Part shown: positions 9,824-18,624 of the stretch, piece after piece
Numbering within the stretch: the stretch's first letter is position 1
How the letters are laid out: each line of letters begins with the position of its first letter
NCBI GenBank assembly: GCA_965220965.1
Contig: OZ244852.1
Coordinates: forward strand, 1,824,001 to 1,888,000
Length of the DNA: 64,000 nt
Reading direction: 5' to 3'
Origin: Candidatus Marinacidobacterium sp.
GTDB taxonomy: Bacteria > Acidobacteriota > Vicinamibacteria > Marinacidobacterales > Marinacidobacteraceae
Notes under the pieces: generated by a model
Told to the model about the DNA's origin: nothing
The model's database searches: none
The model's input: only the letters and a program-made list of their open reading frames with translations
Made by a program: the position numbers and the translations under genes

Positions 9824-11485
9824 GTGCGAGCCCTGCTCATGATGTCCTTGCTGCTTTCCCCCGCCGCGGCCGCGGCCGACTCCGGAGACCGTCCGGCGAA
9901 GGACACCGGGCTCGGCCGATCGCCGGTGCTGGCGCGGAACGGGATGATCGCGACGAGCCAGCCGCTGGCCTCGGCCGCCGGGCTCCAGGTTCTGATGGGA
10001 GGCGGCAACGCGGTGGACGCCGGGATCGCCGCCGCCGCGGTCCTGAACGTCGTCGAGCCGATGATGTGCGGCATCGGCGGCGACCTGTTCGCGCTCTACT
10101 GGGAGGCGGAGACCGAAACGCTCCACGCGCTGAACGCCACCGGGCGGGCGGGGGCGCGCGCGGACGCCGCGAAGCTCCGGGCCGAGGGCCGGACGCGGAT
10201 GCCTGGGGGCGGGCCGATCGCGGTGACGGTTCCGGGGGCGCTCGACGGCTGGGAGGAACTCGTCACCCGCTTCGGGACGCAGCCGCTCGCCGACCTGCTC
10301 CAGCCGGCGATCCGGCACGCGGAGGAGGGGTACCCGGTCTCCGAGATCATCTCGGTCCAGTGGAAGTCGGCCGAGGAGCGGCTGCGGCGCCACCCCGCGA
10401 CCGCCGCCGCCTGGCTGGTGGACGGCGAGCGGGCCCCGGAACACGGCGAGGTCTTCCGGGTCCCCGACCTGGCGACGACCCTCCGCAAGATCGCCGACCA
10501 GGGGACGGATGTCTTCTACCGGGGCGAGATCGCCGGCGCCATCCACGACTTCCTCGAGCAGGAGGGCGGGTTCGTGACCCGCGAGGACCTGGCGGCGCAC
10601 GAGTCGCTCTGGGTGGAACCGATCTCGACGACTTACCGGGGGGTGGAGGTCTTCCAGGTTCCGCCCAACTCGCAGGGGTTCGCCGCGCTCGAGATGCTGA
10701 ACATCCTCGAGGGGTTCGACGACCTCGCCGACCTGGGCCACAACTCGGCCGCCTACCTGCACCGCCTCATCGAGGCCAAGAAGCTGGCCTTCGCCGACCG
10801 CGACGCCCATCTGGGGGACCCGGAGCACATGCGGGTCCCGGTGGAGACGCTGATCTCGAAGGACTACGCGGCGGAGCGGCGGGCGCTGATCTCCCCGGAT
10901 CGGGCGGCGCGGGAGATTCCGCCGGGCATGACGGACGACGGCGACACGATCTACCTCACGGTCGTGGACAAGGACCGGAACGCGCTCTCGCTGATCTACT
11001 CCATCTTCGGATCCTTCGGGTCGGGGCTCACCGTCCCCGGGACCGGGATCGTGCTGCAGAACCGGGGAACCGGGTTCTCGCTGGAGGAAGGCCATCCCAA
11101 CGAACTCGCCCCGGGCAAGCTGGCGCTCCACACGAACATGCCGGGCATGGCGTTCCGCGACGGGCGCCCGTGGATCACCTACGGCGTCATGGGCGGGGAC
11201 ATGCAGCCGCAGGGACACACCCAGGTGCTGCTGAACCTCATCGACTTCGGCATGCATGTCCAGAAGGCGGGGGAAGTCGCGCGTTTCCGCCACGGCGCCT
11301 TGGGCGTCGGGATCGAGTCGGGCGTGGACGCCGATGTCCGCGCGGCGCTGACCCGCATGGGGCACACCGTGATGACGCGGTTCGGGGCCTACGGCGGCTA
11401 CCAGGCGATCCGGATCGACTGGGAGCAGGGCGTGCTTCTCGGCGGATCCGATGTCCGCAAGGACGGCGCGGCAATGGGCTACTGA
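9824..11485 (+). CDS. ggt: Gamma-glutamyltransferase, secreted
   Basis: GGNAVDA, GIGGDLF, DT(IY) nucleophile Thr, QNRG and GVMGGDMQPQG. Confidence 0.93.
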   Translation: MRALLMMSLLLSPAAAAADSGDRPAKDTGLGRSPVLARNGMIATSQPLASAAGLQVLMGGGNAVDAGIAAAAVLNVVEPMMCGIGGDLFALYWEAETETLHALNATGRAGARADAAKLRAEGRTRMPGGGPIAVTVPGALDGWEELVTRFGTQPLADLLQPAIRHAEEGYPVSEIISVQWKSAEERLRRHPATAAAWLVDGERAPEHGEVFRVPDLATTLRKIADQGTDVFYRGEIAGAIHDFLEQEGGFVTREDLAAHESLWVEPISTTYRGVEVFQVPPNSQGFAALEMLNILEGFDDLADLGHNSAAYLHRLIEAKKLAFADRDAHLGDPEHMRVPVETLISKDYAAERRALISPDRAAREIPPGMTDDGDTIYLTVVDKDRNALSLIYSIFGSFGSGLTVPGTGIVLQNRGTGFSLEEGHPNELAPGKLALHTNMPGMAFRDGRPWITYGVMGGDMQPQGHTQVLLNLIDFGMHVQKAGEVARFRHGALGVGIESGVDADVRAALTRMGHTVMTRFGAYGGYQAIRIDWEQGVLLGGSDVRKDGAAMGY

Positions 11486-11657
11486 GGCGCGGCGCCGGGT
11501 TCTCCGGGGGCCGCGCCGCGCGGAAACCCGGGCCGGCCCCGCCGCCGGGAGAAGGGTCTCCGGCGAGGGGGAAACGCCGTTTCCGGCCGCTAAGATCACG
11601 GCCGAGGGCGGGTCCCGGGAGTCAGGGACGGCTCCTCGCGTGAGCGCTTACTTCGTC

Positions 11658-13787
11658 ATGAAATCCCGGACCGCCGCGGCCTGGAGCGCCGCGGGTCTTC
11701 TCCTCCTGGCGGCGCCCGTTGTCGCGCAGCCCCCGAGCGAACCCGACGCCGCCGAGCCGGAAGCGAGCGAAGAGCAGGGCGATCCCGAGGAGGCCTCCGA
11801 GGAAGTCGGCGCCGGCGCCCTGCGGTTCGCCGAGACGGTGGTGGTCACGGCCTCCCGGTCGGATGCGCCGCTGCTGACGGCGCCGGCGGCGGTCTCGGTG
11901 CGCACCGGCGAAGAGCTGGCGTCGGAGGCGCCGCGGACGTTCGTGGACCTGTTCCAGGGAGTCCCGGGGATCCAGATCCAGGGCAACGCGCGGCGGATCA
12001 CCGAGGCCCCCAACATCCGGGGCTTCGCCGACCAGCAGGTCGTCGTCCGCCAGGACGGGGGGCGGCAGAACTTCCACGCGGCGCACGCCGGCCGATTCTT
12101 CGTGGATCCGGACCTGGTCCAGCGGGTGGAGGTCATGCGGGGAGCCAACTCGGCGCTCTTCGGCAGCGGCGCGCTCGGCGGCGTCGTGTCGGTGACGACC
12201 CGGAGCGCGCGCGACCTGCTCGAGCCGGGAGAGGACTTCGGCGGCCGCTACCGGGTGGGATTCCAGTCGAACGGGCGCGACTTCGGCCAGTCGTTCACCG
12301 CGTTCACCGCGAACGAGCCGCTGGAGGCGCTCGCCAGCTTCACCCTCGGCGGAACCTCGGCGCCGGTGCGCGACGGCAACGGAGACGCGATCCCCAACAC
12401 CGAGGACGAGATGCGGAACGGGCTCGTGAAGGTCGGGTGGACCCCCGGCGCCCGCACCCGGTTCGAGGCTTCCTGGCAGGGCTTCGGCAACCGGGCCGCC
12501 GAACCCACGAACGCGAACGCGCTGACCGGAAGTCTGGTGGACCGCGACACCTGGTGGGACGGACTCCGGGCGCGAATGGAAGTCCGCTCGCTGGATTCGG
12601 AGCTCGTCGACTTCGAGGCGCTGGCGTATCGCAACTCGGTGGAGGTGTCCGAGGAGTTGCGGATCAACCCCCGCCTCGACGAGACCCGCTTCGAGACCCT
12701 GGGCGTCGAGTTCACGAACACCGCCCGCTTCCATCCGCGCGACGGTCTGCGGCTGCGGGTGAGCGCCGGAGCGGAGGCCTTCCGCGACCGGCAGTCGGGA
12801 ACGCGGGACGGTCAGGACCGGCTCCAGTTCCCGGACGCGAACGCGTCCTACCTGGCCGCCTTCGTCCATGGAGAGGCCGACATCGGGGACCGGCTCCAGC
12901 TCACCGCCGGCCTGCGCCGGGACGCCTGGCGCCTGCGCGCCGGCCAGTTCCCGGAGCGCAGCGAAGGGCAGTTCTCGCCACGGGCGACGGTGGGCTACCG
13001 GCTGGGCGAGGCGGGCTTCGTGTGGGTCGGCGCCGCCCGCGGGTTCCGGGTTCCGAGCCTCACCGAGCTCTTCGCCGACGGCCTCCACTTCCAGATCCCG
13101 GTCGCGGCGTCGGTCGAAGTCCTGAACTGGTTCCGGCCGAACCCCGACCTCCCCGCCGAGCGGGGCCTGTCCTGGGAAGCCGGCTTCCGCGGCGGCCGGG
13201 GCGCGTGGACGCTCGAGACGACCTGCTTCCGGCAGACCGTCGGGAACTACGTGGACCAGCGCGTCCTGCTCTCGGACCCCTCCTTTCCGCTGCGGGTGGA
13301 TCCGGTCTCGGGGATCTCGGTGATCACCGGCTCGACGGTGAATGTTCCGCTGGAGGCCCGTCTGGACGGGTGCGAAGGCGTCGCCGGCTTCGAGCGGCGC
13401 CGGCTGCGGTTCCGGGTCGCGGGCTCCCTCCTGGAGACCGAAGACACCGCAACCGGAGTCTCGCTGGCCCGGGCGCCGGCCGACCGGCTGGATCTCTCGC
13501 TGAGCGCCCGGCTGCCCTCGCTCGACCTCGAGCTCGGGGGGCGCGCGATCCTCGCCGCGGCGCGCACCGGGGTCCCGGACCTGGTGGAAGAGGGCGCGGC
13601 CTATCGCGTCTTCGACCTCTTCCTTCGCTACACCCCGGAGGGCGGGCCGCTCGCCGGCGTGGACTGGACGGTGGCGCTCAACAACCTCACGGACGAGTAC
13701 TTCGCGGTGTTTCCGGCGGTCGTGCCCCAGCCGGGGCGCAGCCTGCGCCTCGCCGCCGCCTACCGGTTCGGTTTCTCCCGGAACTGA
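11658..13787 (+). CDS. TonB-dependent receptor, heme/hemoglobin type
   Basis: Signal peptide; ETVVVTASR TonB box; plug RVEVMRGANSALFGSGALGGVV; FRVP..H..NPDL matching the FRAP/NPNL motif. Confidence 0.85.
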   Translation: MKSRTAAAWSAAGLLLLAAPVVAQPPSEPDAAEPEASEEQGDPEEASEEVGAGALRFAETVVVTASRSDAPLLTAPAAVSVRTGEELASEAPRTFVDLFQGVPGIQIQGNARRITEAPNIRGFADQQVVVRQDGGRQNFHAAHAGRFFVDPDLVQRVEVMRGANSALFGSGALGGVVSVTTRSARDLLEPGEDFGGRYRVGFQSNGRDFGQSFTAFTANEPLEALASFTLGGTSAPVRDGNGDAIPNTEDEMRNGLVKVGWTPGARTRFEASWQGFGNRAAEPTNANALTGSLVDRDTWWDGLRARMEVRSLDSELVDFEALAYRNSVEVSEELRINPRLDETRFETLGVEFTNTARFHPRDGLRLRVSAGAEAFRDRQSGTRDGQDRLQFPDANASYLAAFVHGEADIGDRLQLTAGLRRDAWRLRAGQFPERSEGQFSPRATVGYRLGEAGFVWVGAARGFRVPSLTELFADGLHFQIPVAASVEVLNWFRPNPDLPAERGLSWEAGFRGGRGAWTLETTCFRQTVGNYVDQRVLLSDPSFPLRVDPVSGISVITGSTVNVPLEARLDGCEGVAGFERRRLRFRVAGSLLETEDTATGVSLARAPADRLDLSLSARLPSLDLELGGRAILAAARTGVPDLVEEGAAYRVFDLFLRYTPEGGPLAGVDWTVALNNLTDEYFAVFPAVVPQPGRSLRLAAAYRFGFSRN

Positions 13788-13845
13788 GTCCGGGAGACCC
13801 GCCAGACGGGTCCCCTTCCCCCCGGCGCGGGATACGGGGCGCGGC

Positions 13846-14316
13846 TCAGTCGGGGAGGCGCTCCCAGTTCGAGACGATGCGGGTTCCCTCGCCGCCGGGG
13901 GCCCAGAGGACGAGGGCGCGCGTCGGCGGGCCGTCCGGATCGGTGCGGTGGTTCACCTCGGACGGCGGGCGCACGAAGCCCAGCTCGCCGGGGCCCAGAA
14001 ACTCGGAGACGCCGTCCACTACGTGCTCGAGTTCCCCTTCGAGGACATAGAACACCTCGGTGGCGCCGTGGAGGTGGTCCCCCGAGTCGGTCCCCGGCGG
14101 AAAGGTGATCTCGCCCACCTCGATCTCGTCGCCTCCGAGGTTCGAGCCGGTGAGCAGCAGGCGGATCTCCACACCCGACGCACTCCGGTAGGCCGCGCCG
14201 GCGGGCGGTTCCTGGACCGCTCCGGCGCCCAGCGCGAAGGCGAGCGCCGCGCCGACCGGGACGCCGAGCGCCAGCCCGGCGAGGAGAAGGCGGGGAGAAC
14301 GGGCGAGGGCGCTCAC
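13846..14316 (-). CDS. Cupin-domain protein with N-terminal signal or anchor
   Basis: HLHGATEVFYVLEGEL and VNH cupin motifs; GTG start overlaps the S9 stop (GTGA). Confidence 0.8.
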   Translation of the reverse strand: MSALARSPRLLLAGLALGVPVGAALAFALGAGAVQEPPAGAAYRSASGVEIRLLLTGSNLGGDEIEVGEITFPPGTDSGDHLHGATEVFYVLEGELEHVVDGVSEFLGPGELGFVRPPSEVNHRTDPDGPPTRALVLWAPGGEGTRIVSNWERLPD

Positions 14317-16376
14317 TGGTCCGTCGCCCCGGCCGGGTCGCGCGTGAAGCGCGAGAACCAGTCCAGCATGTAGAGCTGGGTCCGGATGAAGTTCGAGGGC
14401 TGCGAGCTGGTGCCGTGGTACTCCTCGTGGAAGCGGACCAGCTCGGTGGGGACCCCGAGCGCCTTGAGCGCCTGGTAGTACTCCTCGGTCTGGCTCATCG
14501 GCGTTCGGAGATCCAGTTCGCCGGTCATGAGCAGCGTCGGGGTGGTGACGTCGCCCACCAGCATGAGCGGCGAGTGCTCCAGGTACTTCTCGGCGTTGTC
14601 CCACGGATAGCCGTGGTAGCGCATGAAGCCCCAGCGCGGGATGTCCGCGGTGCCGGCGAAGCTCATCCAGTTGACCACCGGACAGCGAACCGCGGCGGAG
14701 GCGAACCGGTCCGTCTGGCCGATGACCCATGAGGAGAGGACGCCGCCGCCGCTGCAGCCGGTGACCGCCATCCGGGACTCGTCCACGATGCCCTGGCCAA
14801 TGACCGCATCCACCCCGGCCATCAGGTCGTCGTAGTCCACGCTCGGGTAACCGTTGTCGATGGCGTTCCCGAACCCGGTTCCGTAACCGGTGCTGCCCCT
14901 CGGGTTCGTGTAGAGGAGCAGGTAGCCGTTCGCCGCGAAGTTCTGGAAGGCGTTGTTGAAGCCCACGTTGTACATCGCGTGGGGGCCGCCGTGGATGTGG
15001 AGCACGAGCGGATACTGCCGCCCGGGCTCGAAGTCCGGCGGCTTGATGAGCCACCCCTGCACCCGGGCGCCTCCGGTCGAGTCGTACCAGATCTCCTCGA
15101 CCTCGCCCAGCTCGATCCCGGCGAGGACATCGTCGTTCACCGCGGTGAGCCGGGTCACCTCGGAGGGCCGGTCCAGCGGGAAGACGACGACATCGGCGGG
15201 CTCGTGGAACGATGTGCGGACGCCGGCGGCGATCCCGGTCTCCGAGATCGTGCTGACGCTGAGCATGTGCGTCCCTTCGGTCACCGGGGAGGTCCCGCCG
15301 GCGAGACTCGCGGCGTGGAGGTTGCGGGACCCGCGGTCGTCGGCGGTGAAGTAGATCCGGTCGCTGTCGGGCGCCCACCAGGGGTTCGCGGCGTCCCGGT
15401 CCAGCTCGGCCGAGAGCGAGCGCATCCCGGCGCCGTCGACGCCGATGACCCAGAGATCGCTCACCTTGTAGGTCTGCTCGGTCCACCCGAAACCGCCGAA
15501 GGCGATGTGCTCTCCGTCGGGCGAGACGACCGGACCGGACCACGGGCCCCGCTCCTGGGTGATCTGGCGGATCTCGCCCGTTCCGAGGGAGACATGGTGG
15601 ATGTGGGATTCGCGGTAGCGAAGGTCGGCGTCCTCGACGCGGGACCCGTCAAAGACGAGACCGCTCCCGTCCGGCATCCAGTCGATCCCGGCGCCGTAGT
15701 CGAGCCCGACCGCGCCTCGCGAGCCCACGTGCCATTCCCCTTCGGTGAGCTGGCGGGCGGCGCCGCCGGCCGCCGGAACCACGAAGAGGTGGCGGAAGCC
15801 CTCCTCGAGGAACCCGACGCGGTCCTGGCGGAAATGCATCCGCCGCACGATCCGCGGCGCCTTCGTCCAGGTGGCCCCCTCCGGCGGGGAGGGCATCGAG
15901 GGGAGGTCCCAGGTCTCGGGAGCGGGAACGATGCGAGTGAACGCGATCATCGTGGAGTCCGGAGACCAGTGGAGATCGCGGGGCGGCGGGCCGTCGCGCG
16001 TCACCTGGGAGACGGCGCCCTCGGCGTCCATCCACCGGACGAAGATCTGCGGGCCGCCGGCGTCCCCGGCCCGGAGGAACGCGACGCGGGTTCCGTCGGG
16101 AGACCAGACCGGCGAGGAGCCCCTGGCCAGGAAGCGGTTGCGGCTCCCGTCGGCGTTCACGATCCACAGCTCGGAGGCCCAGCGGTCCCGCTGGCGGTCG
16201 ACGTGGCTGCGGGTGTAGATCACCTGCGCGCCATCCGGAGAGATCGCCGGAGCGCTCACCCGCTCCCAGTCGAGGATGTGGGAAGCGCGGAGATGGTTCG
16301 GGCCGGCGGTCTCCTGAGCCGCCGCCGGGGCGGCGAACAGGCCCGCCGCGAGGAGGAGAGGAAGGAAGTTGCGCAT
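14313..16376 (-). CDS. S9 family (acylaminoacyl/dipeptidyl) peptidase
   Basis: Signal peptide; PD40 beta-propeller repeats; IHGGP; catalytic triad GCSGGG / DLRTP / EYHG. Confidence 0.92.
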   Translation of the reverse strand: MRNFLPLLLAAGLFAAPAAAQETAGPNHLRASHILDWERVSAPAISPDGAQVIYTRSHVDRQRDRWASELWIVNADGSRNRFLARGSSPVWSPDGTRVAFLRAGDAGGPQIFVRWMDAEGAVSQVTRDGPPPRDLHWSPDSTMIAFTRIVPAPETWDLPSMPSPPEGATWTKAPRIVRRMHFRQDRVGFLEEGFRHLFVVPAAGGAARQLTEGEWHVGSRGAVGLDYGAGIDWMPDGSGLVFDGSRVEDADLRYRESHIHHVSLGTGEIRQITQERGPWSGPVVSPDGEHIAFGGFGWTEQTYKVSDLWVIGVDGAGMRSLSAELDRDAANPWWAPDSDRIYFTADDRGSRNLHAASLAGGTSPVTEGTHMLSVSTISETGIAAGVRTSFHEPADVVVFPLDRPSEVTRLTAVNDDVLAGIELGEVEEIWYDSTGGARVQGWLIKPPDFEPGRQYPLVLHIHGGPHAMYNVGFNNAFQNFAANGYLLLYTNPRGSTGYGTGFGNAIDNGYPSVDYDDLMAGVDAVIGQGIVDESRMAVTGCSGGGVLSSWVIGQTDRFASAAVRCPVVNWMSFAGTADIPRWGFMRYHGYPWDNAEKYLEHSPLMLVGDVTTPTLLMTGELDLRTPMSQTEEYYQALKALGVPTELVRFHEEYHGTSSQPSNFIRTQLYMLDWFSRFTRDPAGATDQ

Positions 16377-16456
16377 CGGGAGTCTCCAGCGAAAGCAAAC
16401 GGCCAGCGAAAGCGGGACGAATGGACCGGCGATTGTAGGAGGAGCGCCGCCGGCGT

Positions 16457-17557
16457 TCAGTGGGCCCGGCCGGCGGGCGCGAGCCGCCAGAGCGCGGGGG
16501 AGTCGGTCAGTCGCGGGTTGCGGCAGGCGAGGTCGTGCGGGGTGCGGCCCTGGCGGTCGCGCGCCGAGGGGCGCGCCCCGGCATCGAGAAGCGCTTCCAC
16601 GACATCGGCGGCCCCGTCCGCGGCGGCGACGTGAAGCGGCGTCGAGCCGTCGTCGGCGAGAACGTTGGGATCGGCTCCGGCGTCGAGCAGCACCTGAAGC
16701 GGCCCCCGCGCCTCCGCGGCCACCGCCACCGCGTGGAGCGGCGCGCCGCCGGCGGTGGTGCGGGCCTCGAGGTCGGCGCCCGCCTCGACCAGTTGGCGGG
16801 CCACCGCCTCCGCGTCGCCGTCAGCGCCGATGAGGTGGAGCGGGCGGACGCCGCGGGCGGAGGCGCGATCCGGGTCCGCGCCGCCCGCGAGCAGGGCGGC
16901 GACCGAGGGCGCGTCGCCGTTGCGGACGGCGGCGTGCAGGGGAACGAGCCCCGCCTCGTCGGGACGGTCCGGGTCCGCCCCGGCGGCCATCAGCAGGGGC
17001 AGGCAGTCGGCGCAGCCGCGCGCCGCGGCCAGATGGAGGGCGGTGACGCCGTCGGCGGCGGCGGCGGAGATGTCCGCGCCGGCGGCGAGGAGCAGGGTGG
17101 CCACCCGGCGTCGGCCGGCCCGCTCCGGAGGAGGATCCCTCGGCGAAGGCCGGTGGCGGGCGAAGACCATGTGGAGCGCGGTCGCCCCGTCGGGAAGGCT
17201 GGCGCGGGGATCGGCGCCGGCCTCGAGCAGGAGCGCGACCGACTCGGGGTCGGCGAGGGGGAATGCGGCCAGAAACAGCGGGCGAACCGGGTCCCCGGGA
17301 GGCCCGTCCGGGGCGGCGCCGGCGCGCAGGAGGAGGCCGACCGTAGAGGACCGCGCGTTCGCGATCGCCACGAGCAGCGGGGTGCGCGCCTTCGCGTCCC
17401 GGTAGTTCGGATCGGCCCCGGCGCGCAGCGCCATCGCGACGCGGGAGAGCGGCGCTCCAACCCGGGCCGCCGCCAGCAGCCACTCGTTGAGGCTTCGGCG
17501 AAGGACGGCGACCCGAAGAAGCGGACGAAGCGGAGAGGCGGGTCGACGACGTGGCAT
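16457..17557 (-). CDS. Ankyrin-repeat protein (about 9 repeats)
   Basis: Repeated (T/R)PLHxA..LLxAGADP motifs. Confidence 0.88.
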   Translation of the reverse strand: MPRRRPASPLRPLLRVAVLRRSLNEWLLAAARVGAPLSRVAMALRAGADPNYRDAKARTPLLVAIANARSSTVGLLLRAGAAPDGPPGDPVRPLFLAAFPLADPESVALLLEAGADPRASLPDGATALHMVFARHRPSPRDPPPERAGRRRVATLLLAAGADISAAAADGVTALHLAAARGCADCLPLLMAAGADPDRPDEAGLVPLHAAVRNGDAPSVAALLAGGADPDRASARGVRPLHLIGADGDAEAVARQLVEAGADLEARTTAGGAPLHAVAVAAEARGPLQVLLDAGADPNVLADDGSTPLHVAAADGAADVVEALLDAGARPSARDRQGRTPHDLACRNPRLTDSPALWRLAPAGRAH

Positions 17558-17713
17558 GGCGAGTGGGATCCCGGGGAGGAGCGGGCCCTCCGGGGGAGCG
17601 GCGTCGGCGCCCGGAACCGGGCGCCGGGAGGGCGCGAAACCGCCGGGAGGAGGCCCGGCGGCGGTCCCGGCTGCTCAGGCCGGGAGGCGGCCCCGTCTTC
17701 GGGGCGGGTGGAC

Positions 17714-18064
17714 TCAGAGGAAAGCGGCGAGCATTTCCGCGTGGAAGCCTACGAGAAGCGCGTCACCCACGCGCATCGTGGGAGCGCGGAGCTTCCCCGA
17801 GCGGCCCAGCATCCGGTCGGCGAGGTCGGCGGGCGGTCCGTCGGCCAGCCCGATGCGCTCGAACTTCCGGCCACGGGCGACCGCCACCTCGCGGACGCCC
17901 TCCAGCAGCGCCGGGATGTCCTCGCGGAGGACGGGGTCGCGGTTGGCGTTCCTGATCTCTTCGGCCTCGAGGCCCCGTTGCGCAAGAAACTCCTGCGCGC
18001 GCTTGCAGCCGGTTCAACCGGGGCGGTGGTAGCGCCAGGCGACGACGGCGGAACCGGGGCTCAT
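17714..18064 (-). CDS. ArsC/thioredoxin-fold selenoprotein with UxxC motif (Sec at TGA 18016-18014)
   Basis: Manual translation: MSPGSAVVAWRYHRPG-U-TGCKRAQEFLAQRG...MLGRSGKLRAPTMRVGDALLVGFHAEMLAAFL*. The frame is open on both sides of the TGA, and the ATG is coupled to the upstream stop (TGATG). Confidence 0.88.
17980..17998 (-). promoter_or_regulatory. Putative bacterial SECIS hairpin
   Basis: mRNA GCGCAGGA-GUU-UCUUGCGC stem begins 15 nt after the UGA; the G-initiated apical loop lies 23 nt downstream. Confidence 0.7.
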
Positions 18065-18573
18065 CAGTCTTCGATGCGGTCGTAGATCGCGCGGGTCACC
18101 CGCGTGATCCGCCCTTCCTCGTCGAGCCGGACGTAGTCGTTGTCGATCCGGTTCCCGTCGTCGGAGAGGGTGTTGATGATGACCTGGTAGACGACCCCGT
18201 CACGCCGGTTCAGGATGCGGGTCGACCGCTCGGTGACGATCTCGACCGCGGTGTCGGCGTTCTCCTGGCCGGCGACCGGACGGAACACCCCGTCGAACAG
18301 CGTCTCGTAGCTCCACTCCGAGGTCTCGTTGTCGGCGTTCGTGGTCGCCACCGTGATGCTCATGCCGCCGTCGCCCCACGGGGCGTAGGTCATGATGTTC
18401 TGGTAGGGCGGCGGGTTGTCCGAGCGGATCTTCCAGACCCCGAAACGGGGGTTCGCGTCCTGGGCTTCGGCTTCCGGGCCGCCGCCGCAGGCGGACGCGA
18501 CGAAGGCCGCGAGCGCGAGAGCGACGAGAGCGAGGGGCGGTCGGCGAAGCGACTGGCGGGCCGGTATGCGCAT
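18064..18573 (-). CDS. Lipoprotein, likely small beta-barrel (lipocalin-like)
   Basis: AAGGAG RBS; FVASAC lipobox; FGVWK, DG.F.PV.G and LSDDGNR motifs. Confidence 0.7.
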   Translation of the reverse strand: MRIPARQSLRRPPLALVALALAAFVASACGGGPEAEAQDANPRFGVWKIRSDNPPPYQNIMTYAPWGDGGMSITVATTNADNETSEWSYETLFDGVFRPVAGQENADTAVEIVTERSTRILNRRDGVVYQVIINTLSDDGNRIDNDYVRLDEEGRITRVTRAIYDRIED

Positions 18574-18624
18574 GGGTCGGACTCCTTGAAGGGCGCGCCA
18601 TTGTGGCACAGGGGCGCTGTCTCC

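Noticed and set aside
11486-11657. Possible cobalamin riboswitch upstream of the TonB receptor (GGGAA..GAGTCAG fragments)
   Set aside because: Core elements such as the ACTG segment and a full B12 box are not identifiable, and the receptor has heme-type motifs. An Rfam scan would settle it.
17714-18064. Pseudogene with a premature stop
   Set aside because: The TGA sits exactly at a redox-Cys position and is followed by a SECIS-like hairpin; the rest of the frame is intact.
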